DNA of 64,000 bases from Candidatus Poribacteria bacterium (lineage in GTDB: Bacteria; Poribacteria; WGA-4E; WGA-3G), in assembly GCA_963665235.2 (NCBI GenBank), contig CAXXLX010000002.1, positions 384,001 through 448,000 on the forward strand. The letters run 5' to 3'. The notes beneath the pieces were generated by a model. It saw nothing but the letters and a program-made list of their open reading frames with translations, made no database searches and was not told the DNA's origin. This document shows, in pieces, positions 28,166 to 38,297 of the stretch. The stretch's first letter is position 1, and each line of letters begins with the position of its first letter. A program made the position numbers and the translations under genes.

Positions 28166-31051
28166 TTAAAAAGCCTGGCCTAGGCCTAAGTGGTATTTGA
28201 CTCCTGGTTTGATACTAGTTAAATCTGTGTGACGTGCAGCAGCGAAATCTATAGAGAACAGACCGAGCCGCAGTCTAAGACCGACACCTATTGAGCCTTT
28301 GACATCCGCAAGTCGGATACGATTATTTTCACGTTCAAATATGCGGAACGGCGTATCCGAATCGAACCGCCAATCTGCCCAGGCACCCCCAAAATCAGCG
28401 AAAAATATACCTCGAATTCCCCCAATCGACCAGCGGATGGGCCAACCGAAATAGAGAACGTCTATGAACGGGATGCGTAGCTCAAGGTTGAGTAATCCGA
28501 TACGAGACCCAACGAAATCTTCGTAGTTATATCCCCGGAGCGTATCAATGCCGCCGAGATAAAACAGCGATTTATCTGCACCGAAACTGCCACCGAGTAA
28601 TAACCGAGTCGCAATAGTGGAGCGTCGCCCTAAACCGATATAACCACGCACATCAAAAATGGCATTGGTCAAGGCTAACTTGCTACCGAGCGGTTTAAAG
28701 GAACGTTCAACCTCAAAACGGTACCGTGCACCTCTATAAGGGGCCCACTCCCGCCACATCGTGGTATCCCCTACAAACGCTAAGCTGCCGAGACTCAGCA
28801 GCCCCCGTTCCGCATAATTGTAGGGTTGCTGTGTCTGATAATTGTAAGAGAACGGGGTTGAATACATCGCAACTTGAAAATCAAGCCGGTGATACCGGTT
28901 AAACGGATAGCTCAGATAACCGCCGATTCCTGTGATACGTTGTAAAATCCCGCGTTGATTACGCAGCGTACCCAGCAGATGGTATTGATGATAGTTGTAA
29001 ATTGACGCACCGATATCCGCGCGATGCGTCAAAAAACCGTACTGGGCAACAAAATCCGGAATAAGATAACCCGCCGACTGATTGATGACGCTCACTTCAA
29101 CCCGATGATTGCCTAACATATCGCTAGCACTCATCTGAATCTGACTCCGAAGCAAACCGTCGGCACCATAACTGAACTCCGGAAAAATCGCATCAAACCG
29201 GAAAGAGGATTTCGTACTATACTTCCGTTTCGCAATCCGAAGATTCGGTTCCGGCACCTCTCTATTTAAAGCGATAGGCACCGGTTCTGTTTCCAACGGA
29301 GGTGTCTCAATTTCCTCATGAATTGTCTTTGTAGCATCCATAACACAGACATCATATTTACCAGCCTGATAAGCACTAAACAGCAGACGTTTCCCATCCG
29401 GCGAAAAGCTCGGATTGAAACACCCTGTCATGAAGTTAGTTAGCCGCGTCAATGCCATCTCATCAAGCTGCAGTTTGTAAACGTCAAATACACCTGTCCG
29501 GTCAGAACAGAATAGCACAGACTTCCCATCAGACATCCAAACCGGACTGATAGCGTTTGCTACGTTATCGGTCAGCACACGTTGGGTTTGCTGGTTCACA
29601 TCTAGTAAGATCAGCCTATTTTTACGCTCCCGTTCCGAAGCGTAAACGATGGTCCCGTTTGTCGGATGCCAAGACGGATGCGTATCGTTAAATGGGTCGT
29701 GTGTTAATCGGGTAATCGTGCCTGTCTCCAGTTCCATTACATATAGGTCAGTTTGTCCCTCTTTTAGCGCGGAGAAAACTATCCGTTCACCGCTGCCATC
29801 GTAATCTGGGGAGGTAACGTTATCAAAGTCGAGTTTAAAGTAATGCGTCAGTTCGCGTGTTAAAATATTGACAACGAGCAGATAATTCGCAGCGTGATGT
29901 TTGCCGATAAAGGCGATGTTATCCCCATCAGGGGCCCAAGCGAGGCTTTTTCCGAACCCCCCGAAATCGGTACGGATTTCCTCATACCGATTACGGAAAA
30001 AACGTTCTGTGATACGCTCAAGCCGTTCACCGGTTTTGGAAGACATCAGGACAATCTCTAAAAATCCCTCATTTCCCGTAACATAAGCCACAATATCGCC
30101 ACTCGGAGACCATATAGGTTTAATGTTGTGGGAGTATTTTGAGCTTTCTGTGAGATTTTTTGCAACAAGGTCAGGTAATTCCATATCGGCTATTAGGGGC
30201 CAATAACGTTGCCGCACTGTCTGCCGCCATGCTTTATCAAAATCCTTTAGATTAACGCCCAACACATTTTTAAAGACGACATCTAGGTTTTTCGTACGGC
30301 TTTGTCGTAAACCTTGCAAGATTTCAGCAATCTTTTCCCGGCCGTACGTCTGAACGAGATAGGCGACTGCCAATTGCCCCATCTTATAACCGACATAAGG
30401 CGAGCTAAGGCGATTGAAGTTCTGTAATTCTGTTAGCGGCACGATATTGTTATTGATACTTGCATCGCGTAACACCATCTCACCCATAGCATCGTTATCC
30501 TCAGCGAAGTAATCCGCCATCCCCTCCATAAACCATATCGGCGGCGAATACAGAAACTCTCCGCTATAGATGCTCGCGTGCGGTTTATGGTAGAGAATAT
30601 CATACTGAAAAATATGGATAAGCTCATGGTAAATCACCTCTCGAAACGCCTCAAGCGACCCGGTAAACGGTATGACGATGCGATGTTTAAAGAGCTCCGC
30701 GAAACCGCCTATCCCTTCGTGTAGTTCTTGAAGGATAATATTCGTCTCCTGAAAATCCTTATGTGATTTATAGAGAATCAGCGGAGTCCGCTCTTTAAGT
30801 TCGTGCTCAAAGTCTTCGCTATGTCTTTCGTAAGCCTCCTCAGCGATAGCCGCCATCACCGGTACCAGCTTCACTTCACTCGGATAGTAGTGAATATCGA
30901 AGTGTTCTGTCCGATGGATGTGCCAATCGAAACGTTGGGCAGTAATCTTATTCTTCCCGAAACCTTGTGCAAAAACACCGGTAACACCTAAGAGTGTCAA
31001 TCCCAAGGAGAGGAGAATGCCCACAATCTTTTTGTAGGTCGGCCTAAACAT
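28166..31051 (-). CDS. Omp85/BamA-TamA family outer membrane protein with N-terminal HExxH and PD40 domains
   Basis: FGKNKI, HELIH, PD40 repeats, LGG..TLRGY, NLELR.P, C-terminal F. Confidence 0.85.
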   Translation of the reverse strand: MFRPTYKKIVGILLSLGLTLLGVTGVFAQGFGKNKITAQRFDWHIHRTEHFDIHYYPSEVKLVPVMAAIAEEAYERHSEDFEHELKERTPLILYKSHKDFQETNIILQELHEGIGGFAELFKHRIVIPFTGSLEAFREVIYHELIHIFQYDILYHKPHASIYSGEFLYSPPIWFMEGMADYFAEDNDAMGEMVLRDASINNNIVPLTELQNFNRLSSPYVGYKMGQLAVAYLVQTYGREKIAEILQGLRQSRTKNLDVVFKNVLGVNLKDFDKAWRQTVRQRYWPLIADMELPDLVAKNLTESSKYSHNIKPIWSPSGDIVAYVTGNEGFLEIVLMSSKTGERLERITERFFRNRYEEIRTDFGGFGKSLAWAPDGDNIAFIGKHHAANYLLVVNILTRELTHYFKLDFDNVTSPDYDGSGERIVFSALKEGQTDLYVMELETGTITRLTHDPFNDTHPSWHPTNGTIVYASERERKNRLILLDVNQQTQRVLTDNVANAISPVWMSDGKSVLFCSDRTGVFDVYKLQLDEMALTRLTNFMTGCFNPSFSPDGKRLLFSAYQAGKYDVCVMDATKTIHEEIETPPLETEPVPIALNREVPEPNLRIAKRKYSTKSSFRFDAIFPEFSYGADGLLRSQIQMSASDMLGNHRVEVSVINQSAGYLIPDFVAQYGFLTHRADIGASIYNYHQYHLLGTLRNQRGILQRITGIGGYLSYPFNRYHRLDFQVAMYSTPFSYNYQTQQPYNYAERGLLSLGSLAFVGDTTMWREWAPYRGARYRFEVERSFKPLGSKLALTNAIFDVRGYIGLGRRSTIATRLLLGGSFGADKSLFYLGGIDTLRGYNYEDFVGSRIGLLNLELRIPFIDVLYFGWPIRWSIGGIRGIFFADFGGAWADWRFDSDTPFRIFERENNRIRLADVKGSIGVGLRLRLGLFSIDFAAARHTDLTSIKPGVKYHLGLGQAF

Positions 31052-31100
31052 CCTAATAGAGGTAAGAAAACGTCCTGCTGTAATTTTTTTCAAAGCTTTG

Positions 31101-31219
31101 ATATTTCCTTGCGGTTTGATTTTTTAATATTTCCTTGCGGTTTGATAAGGGTTATTGGATTAGACAGGTTTTTGTCCATATATCCAGCCCTTCACGTTGT
31201 TCGGGCTTACAGGTGTGTT
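31101..31219. repeat. 119-bp inverted copy of 28048-28166
   Basis: reverse complement aligns, including the doubled TCAAACCGCAAGGAAATAT. Confidence 0.85.
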
Positions 31220-31298
31220 ATACCAAAATTAACACAATTCGTCTCGTTCCACTCTTCCGCTCCAGCGGAGCGTCCGTGAAGACGCTAAATCAAATGAA

Positions 31299-31412
31299 CA
31301 GGACTTACGCAAATTTATCAGGAGTCTCGTAGGGGCGGGGTCTCCCCGCCCGCTATGTCTCGCTCTAGATGCCACTATCATAAGGGTTTATCAACGCGCT
31401 GCGTAAGTCCTG
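31299..31412. mobile_element. CAGGACTTACGCA MITE with 5-bp target duplication ATGAA
   Basis: TIRs at 31299-31311 and 31400-31412; ATGAA on both sides. Confidence 0.8.
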
Positions 31413-31578
31413 ATGAATTTGGTATTAGCTCCATCCGGGTGAAATGTTTCATGCGCGGAAACCTCTTTTTTCCGCGTTCTCCGCGTTCTCCGCGCCTTCC
31501 GCGATTCAGACAATAAACATAAACATACCAAAAACCTTCCCGTTAGCCTCCGACATCGCGGGATGAATTTGGTATTAG

Positions 31579-32169
31579 TTAATCGTTCTGTGGTGGTATC
31601 GGCGGGGGTTCGGTGAATTGTTCGCCGCGTTCTTCCGCATTGATTCTTCGGTTATTCCATTCAGCTATCTCGCGATAAGCCTCGGCTCTGCCTTCGGTTA
31701 TTCCCTCGGCTCTGCCTTCTGCTCTGCCTTCGGTTATTCCCTCGGCTCTGCCTTCTGCTCTGCCTTCGGTTATTCCCTCGGCTCTGCCTTCTGCTATTCC
31801 CTCGGCTCTGCCTTCTGCTATTCCCTCGGCTCTGCCTTCGGCTTTAGCTTCTGCGCTGACTTGTGCTTTAAGTTCTCTTTCCTTTTTCAGCGTATCTCTA
31901 ATGCGTTGAAACATGATGTCGGTTGCCTCCTCAAATATCGTAAACATTGTTGCTGCTGACATGATTTTCGAGATGTTCCATCCAACGCTATAAAGCGCGT
32001 CAACAAAACTCTGATTTTTAATCAATATCTCATGGAAGAATACTACCAAAATACAGGATAGCGCAAAGATTGTGAACGTAATCATCGCGTTCTCAGCATT
32101 CCGGACTGTGAATATTGATGACCGTTTGGCGCTGTTTTCCGCTTCCATAGAGATCCCTTTGAGTGTCAT
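31579..32169 (-). CDS. membrane protein with AEGR/AEGI tetrapeptide repeats
   Basis: hydrophobic N-terminal helices, 12-bp-period repeat, Pro-rich end. Confidence 0.65.
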   Translation of the reverse strand: MTLKGISMEAENSAKRSSIFTVRNAENAMITFTIFALSCILVVFFHEILIKNQSFVDALYSVGWNISKIMSAATMFTIFEEATDIMFQRIRDTLKKERELKAQVSAEAKAEGRAEGIAEGRAEGIAEGRAEGITEGRAEGRAEGITEGRAEGRAEGITEGRAEAYREIAEWNNRRINAEERGEQFTEPPPIPPQND

Positions 32170-32511
32170 TTTATAGTAGTGCCCATAATTATTCGCACAC
32201 AGTATTCAGCACCGCCGCTCCTATCGGGAACCGCACGGACTTGGGGACCTAGGGGAAATACCCCCACGAGCGTGTTGTGTGGGAACCCTATCACAGCGTG
32301 CAGACATATTTTCAGAATTTAATATGCCATTATGAGTATTATACCTATATTATGGCGGTATGTCAATATGTTTTATCTGACCCGTCAGGGTTATTTAATT
32401 CTCCATATTTTGCGTTGTTTTTTCAACACCCCTCTTCTGAAGAAAACTCTGAAGCGCGTCAGAGACCTGTTTAGCTTCAAGAACGCTTGCCAATCGCTAA
32501 TCGCCGACGAG

Positions 32512-33288
32512 CTATTGAACAAGATAGCGGTCTACCTGTTCATAGTGCGGTGAAATTCTGCGTGTAAATTCGGAGACAGCGTGCCGACTCAGTTCTCTCA
32601 AAGTTGCCTCTTGCGGTGCCATCTGTGAAAAGACAAACGAGCCAAGGCTATGCGCCTCAGCTGTACTCCGTTGATACGTCTCATCCCAAATAACCTCTTC
32701 CGTATCTACATCTACAATCAACACGCGAAGTGAAAGCAGATAGGTTTTCTGTAGATAATCCTGATAATCCATGATATAACGTTGATGTTGAACCGAGTAA
32801 CGTTCCCCATAATACCGTCTAGGGCGGCTATCCGTGTAAAACCTATAGCTTCCGACAATAACGCCTTTAACTTCAAAATAGCGTCCGAGTTCGCTCAGCC
32901 GTTCGGTATCCTCAAGCCATGCTTCCGTCACCTCTTCACCGGTCATCAAACGTTTGGTCTCCTGCTTATCAACGACATCAAAATGTTTTTGACGTGCTAA
33001 GCTGCCACGCAGGAGCTCAGCAATTTCGGTGCCCATTTCCACAGGCAATTCGCTAGTCCTTGAATCACGTTTATCGTGGACAAACGGTAAAACAGCGAAG
33101 TTTGAATAGTTGCTGATGTCAATTTCGGATTGCACCTTAATCGGAATAGAGACGCGCGTTGCCCGACTGCCGCAAGCACAAAGCGTTAAAGCTACCGTCA
33201 CCACCAAGCTTATCAGTTTATATTGTTTTCGCAGTTGACTCCAGCGAAAGGACACCCGCGTGATGAGAGATTTTAATTTCTTTCGCAT
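32512..33288 (-). CDS. probable lipoprotein (CsgG/TolB-N-like fold)
   Basis: lipobox-like LCAC; AVLPF, V.GVIVG, LRVLIVDVDTEEVIW. Confidence 0.6.
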   Translation of the reverse strand: MRKKLKSLITRVSFRWSQLRKQYKLISLVVTVALTLCACGSRATRVSIPIKVQSEIDISNYSNFAVLPFVHDKRDSRTSELPVEMGTEIAELLRGSLARQKHFDVVDKQETKRLMTGEEVTEAWLEDTERLSELGRYFEVKGVIVGSYRFYTDSRPRRYYGERYSVQHQRYIMDYQDYLQKTYLLSLRVLIVDVDTEEVIWDETYQRSTAEAHSLGSFVFSQMAPQEATLRELSRHAVSEFTRRISPHYEQVDRYLVQ

Positions 33289-33292
33289 AAAA

Positions 33293-33691
33293 TTAATCCC
33301 TCTCGCCTTCGGAGGATATAGGCGACGTTTCTTCAGGCTCCGCACCACTTCGACGGAGGTGTAAACGACACCGCCGGTAATTGAAACGGTAATATTTATT
33401 ATCCGGATTAAGTGTCGTAGCCTGTTCATAAGCCGTTATAGCCTCTGTTATTCTGCCGAGGGCTTCATAAGCAACCCCCAGATTATTGTGGGCAGCGGCA
33501 TGCTCAGGCGCGACCGATACAACCTGTTTCCAGCGAAAAATCGCCTCATTCCAGAGCTCGGCGCGCGCAGCTTTTATGCCAAAGCTATTGTAAGCCTCTA
33601 GCCGCGCAGCATCACGAGAAGCGCACCCCAACACCGTTAGGAGCACAAAAATAGAAACATAGTAGATGCTATTATGATATATTCTTTGCAT
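33293..33691 (-). CDS. TPR lipoprotein
   Basis: VLGC lipobox; AHNNLGVAYE TPR. Confidence 0.75.
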   Translation of the reverse strand: MQRIYHNSIYYVSIFVLLTVLGCASRDAARLEAYNSFGIKAARAELWNEAIFRWKQVVSVAPEHAAAHNNLGVAYEALGRITEAITAYEQATTLNPDNKYYRFNYRRCRLHLRRSGAEPEETSPISSEGERD

Positions 33692-33912
33692 GCTAATCCC
33701 ATTATCTTTTTAATCTCTATTCTATTTTACTATAAATTTAACTTTTATGTCAAGTTTTTAAATTTCCGGAGGGTATGTAAAGTTTTTTCGTTCAGTGAAG
33801 TTCACGGTACACAGGACTTACGCAAATTTATCAGGAGCCTCGTAGGGGCGGGGGGCCCCGCCCGCTAGGACTCCCTCTAAATCCCATTAGCAGAAGGATT
33901 TATCAACGCGCT

Positions 33913-34270
33913 ACACCGAACGGACCGAGTATAACATTACTTTTGATAAAACTGTTGACCTGAGAGGGTGGCGGTTTAACTTAGAGGTGAGACCCGGACC
34001 GAACACGTTGCGAAACACAACGTGGGGGTTTCATCTTTGAAGGGGTTCATATTGACCTCAAACAAACGCTGTTAATCGTAACGCAGCGAGGCTCCGACTC
34101 TGGGCATTTCCCAGAGCATAAAGTTTACGATGTGTTCAGTGCAGCACACAGACATGCCCGGTGTGAGTGAACTACTTGACTTAAACTGATATTTGTTAAG
34201 TAGTGCCGGGTTTAGTCTGATGCTGTCCAAAGTTCGCTCTACAAAACCGAGAACTAAACAACCCCGCACC
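33913..34270 (+). ncRNA. candidate structured non-coding RNA
   Basis: six consecutive stem-loops; G-U pairs and a GAAA loop favour the + strand. Confidence 0.35.
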
Positions 34271-34332
34271 CTTCCCCCTATCCCTTTAACAAAAACTGGA
34301 CACCCCTAAAATTGTCCAAAGTTTAGTTTCCA

Positions 34333-35325
34333 TTAAGGCACCTCAATTTTTGAAAATACCTGCGTAATGATGCTCTCAACGTCGCGTCCCTCCGCTTCCG
34401 CTTCATAACTGAGGATAACCCGGTGTCTTAGCACGTCCATGCCGACTTCGTGGATATCTTCAGGGGTGACATAACCGCGTTGGGCGAGAAATGCCCGCGC
34501 TCTTGCCGCAAGTGCAAGGAAAATGGTCGCACGCGGCGACGCGCCGTACTCAATCAGGGAACTCAATTCGTCCAATTGATACGCCTCTGGCGCGCGTGTA
34601 GCACACACAAGGTCAACGATGTAGGTTTCCAACTGTTCTGCCATGTAGATGCTGCGCGCTATCTCGCGGAATCTATTGATATCCTCTAAGGAGATAACCT
34701 TCTCAATTGCTGGTATTTCTTCGGTTGTCATCCGCCGGAGAATTTGCAACTCCTCTGAGTGTGAGGGGTAGTTTACCTTAAGCTTCAGCATAAATCTATC
34801 TACCTGCGCTTCAGGGAGCGGATAGGTGCCCTCATGCTCAATCGGATTCTGGGTTGCCAAAACGAGAAATGGGTCATCAAGCGGGTAAGTGGTCCCGCCA
34901 ATAGTGACCTGTCGTTCCTGCATCGCCTCAAGTAGGGCACTTTGGACCTTTGCTGGGGCGCGATTTATTTCATCTGCAAGGATAATGTTGGCGAAGATAG
35001 GTCCCTTTTTTGTGTAAAATTCACCCTTCTGCTGGTCATAAATAAGTGTGCCGACTAGGTCGGCAGGTAGCAGGTCGGGTGTGAATTGGAGGCGTCTGAA
35101 CAGCGCGTCAATCGTTTTGGCAAGGGCAGAGATAGCTGTAGTCTTCGCAAGCCCGGGGACACCCTCAAGTAGAATGTGGCCGTTACAGAGCAGTCCAATG
35201 ACTAATCCCTCCAGCAGGGCGCGTTGCCCAACGATAATTTTTCCTGCCTCGGTTAAAATCTGCTGTATCAAGCCGCTATCGGCTTCAATACGGGCATTCA
35301 TTTCTTCTAAATCGTATTTTTGCAT
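34333..35325 (-). CDS. moxR: MoxR family AAA+ ATPase
   Basis: GVPGLAKT, QFTPDLLP, ADEINRAPAK, ATQNPIE. Confidence 0.93.
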   Translation of the reverse strand: MQKYDLEEMNARIEADSGLIQQILTEAGKIIVGQRALLEGLVIGLLCNGHILLEGVPGLAKTTAISALAKTIDALFRRLQFTPDLLPADLVGTLIYDQQKGEFYTKKGPIFANIILADEINRAPAKVQSALLEAMQERQVTIGGTTYPLDDPFLVLATQNPIEHEGTYPLPEAQVDRFMLKLKVNYPSHSEELQILRRMTTEEIPAIEKVISLEDINRFREIARSIYMAEQLETYIVDLVCATRAPEAYQLDELSSLIEYGASPRATIFLALAARARAFLAQRGYVTPEDIHEVGMDVLRHRVILSYEAEAEGRDVESIITQVFSKIEVP

Positions 35326-35461
35326 AGGTCTGAAGATTGGCTGTTGGCTGTTGGCTGTTGGTTTTTAGCAAGAGCAAGAGGTTTTTGACGCGCGTCATAA
35401 ACCTGCTTAGAATCACAACGTCTTGCTAATTGCTAATCGCTAATTGCCAATTGCTACTGAG

Positions 35462-36832
35462 CTAAAAAAAGGGTTGTGTCTCTCCTTCCTGAAAAGACTG
35501 CTCAAGCCAGGGGTCTTTGGTCTTCTGTCGGAATTCAATGACCTTTCGGCGCATTTCATTAACCGTGTCCTGTAATTCCGGGGCATCAATAAGGTTTCGC
35601 GATTCTGCGGGGTCATTCTGCATATCAAATAGTGCTTCGCGGGACTGTTGTAGGAAATCTTCCCGGTGTCGTTCTCCAAGTTGTTGCACATTGTCGTTCC
35701 GCACGGCTGTCCATGAGATAGAACGGAACAGGTCGCTCGGAAGGGGTGTCTCCAATTGATATGCCAGATTGCGGACATACTTGTATCGCCGTCCCCGCAA
35801 CACCCGATATGGATAGTAGTTGGTCACCTCGTGGAAGCAGTGTGAGAAATAGGTTTCCTCCCAGTGGCCATCGCCGGGGTGCGGACTATCGTCTTCAAGG
35901 ATAGGCAGCATTGACCTGCCGGGGAGTGCGTCTGCGCCATCAGGATGCGGAACGCCACACCACGCTAGCATAGTCGGGCAAAAATCGACCCAATTGACGA
36001 GTGCCTGATTTCGGAGCCCACGCCGTTTTTGCGTCGGGCTGGCAATAAGCAGGGGACAGTGATGTCCACTGTCAAAACTAGAAGCCTTCGCCCCAGGAAA
36101 CGGCATAGCATGGTCGGTGGTCACAAAGACGAGCGTTTCGTTTGCACGACCCGACGCGTCAAGAGCTTCCAAGACTGCACCGACAACTGCATCCCACCGT
36201 GACACGCTCTCGTAATAATCCGCAAGGTCTTCACGCACCGCCGGTATATCTGGCAGGAAATTAGGGACAATTATCTCGTCAGGCGTGTAACCGCCCGGTT
36301 CAATACCTGCATGTGTTCGGTCATTTCCGAATCCCTTGCCTGCGCGATGTGGGTACGCGCTGCCGATATGGAGATAGAAGGGTGTATCCGTATTCTGTGT
36401 GAGAAATTGCTTAACCTTTTCTGCCATGTCCACAGGACTGCGGTTGTCAACCCTCGGCTCAAAATCGAAAGGATAAACGCTCTTGGGTTCGACGTGCTTT
36501 TTTCCGATGCATGCGGTAGCAAATCCGTGTGCTTTGAGAATTTTCGGGACCGACTGCATGTGTTCGTGTGTACGGAATCCGTGAATTCCGTGGCAGTGTC
36601 CATATTGTCCATGCGTATGGCTATGTTGTCCCGTGAGAATACATGCACGACTTACGGCGCATGAGGGGCTCGTGCAAAATCCGTAGTCAAATACGACTCC
36701 GCGTTCTGCAAAGGCATCAATGTTGGGTGTTCTGATAACGTCATTTCCGTAGCACTTTGCGATGCGGCTCCAATCGTCCGCGATGACGAACATAACGTTT
36801 CTGTGGGAATTGGTCATGGTTTTCCTATTCAC
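35462..36832 (-). CDS. sulfatase (sulfamidase-like)
   Basis: IADDW, CAVSR, GKKH, PH, TDH motifs. Confidence 0.88.
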   Translation of the reverse strand: MNRKTMTNSHRNVMFVIADDWSRIAKCYGNDVIRTPNIDAFAERGVVFDYGFCTSPSCAVSRACILTGQHSHTHGQYGHCHGIHGFRTHEHMQSVPKILKAHGFATACIGKKHVEPKSVYPFDFEPRVDNRSPVDMAEKVKQFLTQNTDTPFYLHIGSAYPHRAGKGFGNDRTHAGIEPGGYTPDEIIVPNFLPDIPAVREDLADYYESVSRWDAVVGAVLEALDASGRANETLVFVTTDHAMPFPGAKASSFDSGHHCPLLIASPTQKRRGLRNQALVNWVDFCPTMLAWCGVPHPDGADALPGRSMLPILEDDSPHPGDGHWEETYFSHCFHEVTNYYPYRVLRGRRYKYVRNLAYQLETPLPSDLFRSISWTAVRNDNVQQLGERHREDFLQQSREALFDMQNDPAESRNLIDAPELQDTVNEMRRKVIEFRQKTKDPWLEQSFQEGETQPFF

Positions 36833-37014
36833 TCCTTACCGGCAAATACCATTTGTCTACAAATCTGTCTCAGAGCTGGTGCCTCTGCATAGAACTTCTA
36901 ACTTAAAGACTATTGTAACATCTAAGGTTAGGTTTGTCAAGGAGAAAACTGTGAGGGGGATAGGTATTTTGTTAAAAGGTCGGGTGGAAAGTTCAGCAGC
37001 AGGCAAGAAAACAA

Positions 37015-37048
37015 AAGCGGGGACAGGTTTATGTACCTGTCCCCGCTT
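37015..37048 (-). terminator. intrinsic terminator downstream of glnB and the inserted element
   Basis: AAGCGGGGACAGGT/ACCTGTCCCCGCTT stem followed by TTGTTTTCTT on the minus strand. Confidence 0.75.
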
Positions 37049-37054
37049 AATATA

Positions 37055-37571
37055 GTGACGTACTCCCACAGCTAAAGCAGTGGGCTTCTAAAAGAAGGTC
37101 CGCTCCCAAACAGCATACGGACAGCATTTTACCGCTCATCGGCGGCTCCAAAGGTATAAGCTCCTCTAAGGTAACTTGCTCACCTTTGTTACGACCCCGA
37201 AGGGTTTTACCATTGAATGCACAATCGCGGGACACGCCACTTATCCTACTACAGGGCCCCGAATAGTTTTGGGTAGAGCCCTGATACGCAACCGATACCA
37301 ATTATCGCATTGCTTACTTTTTACGTAACGCTTTGGCTATAACCTCACTTAATTTGTGGTAATAGAGAATCAAAGTTCTTTTTTTTACAACCCACAACTC
37401 AAGCCCATTATGCTATTAGGGCGGGTCGCCACTAACAAAGGGGTTGTTAGATAGCATTGACGACCCCAAGTTGTATGTTATAATTATACCACAGTTTCGA
37501 CCGAAAGTCAAAGTTCTTCTTTTTACCGACACGCGGGCTGGACCCAAAGCGGAAAAGATAGCTTGGGATTG
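37055..37571 (-). mobile_element. protein-less IS200/IS605-family element carrying a promoter and a structured RNA
   Basis: left end TTAA|CAATCCCAAGC hairpin; right end GAAGCCCACTGCTTTAGCTGTGGGAGTACGTCAC; no target duplication; no credible ORF. Confidence 0.7.
37483..37511 (-). promoter_or_regulatory. sigma70 promoter inside the element
   Basis: TTGACT-N17-TATAAT with extended -10 TG. Confidence 0.75.
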
Positions 37572-37673
37572 TTAAGTGATTCCCTTCAACGCATTTTGTA
37601 GGAAACCCGGCAAGGTTGGCGTGCCTGGCGTAGCTTATTATCTAACACATAGCAGTGCGCTTACGATAATGGC

Positions 37674-38030
<357 letters not shown>

Positions 38031-38297
38031 CTACGCAATTAGATAGGGTTACAGGCGGATATAAAATCCACCCTTACATATAGGTTGAGGCACCGGTGCA
38101 GTGCATTTTCGAGGCAGTTTTTAACAGAGGTTTTGCACGCCACTTCGCGCTCGCCTTCAAATCAACGCCTCACGTTTATCATTGCATCAGCCAGCCACGG
38201 GTGCCTCGCACGTTGTGTAACAAACATTAGAAGCTCATCCTATAATTGGACCCTAGCGCGCTTCGTCCGCACTTCAGGAGACAATTATGGAAACGTT

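Noticed and set aside
32200-32300. Possible group II intron 3' remnant (GAACCGCACG)
   Set aside because: I could not build a complete domain V hairpin.
34255-34272. Group II intron start GTGCG on the minus strand
   Set aside because: No domain V motif or RT gene, and G-U pairing favours the + strand.
37180-37200. 16S rRNA-like GTCGTAACAAAGGT on the minus strand
   Set aside because: Short imperfect match with no flanking rRNA similarity.
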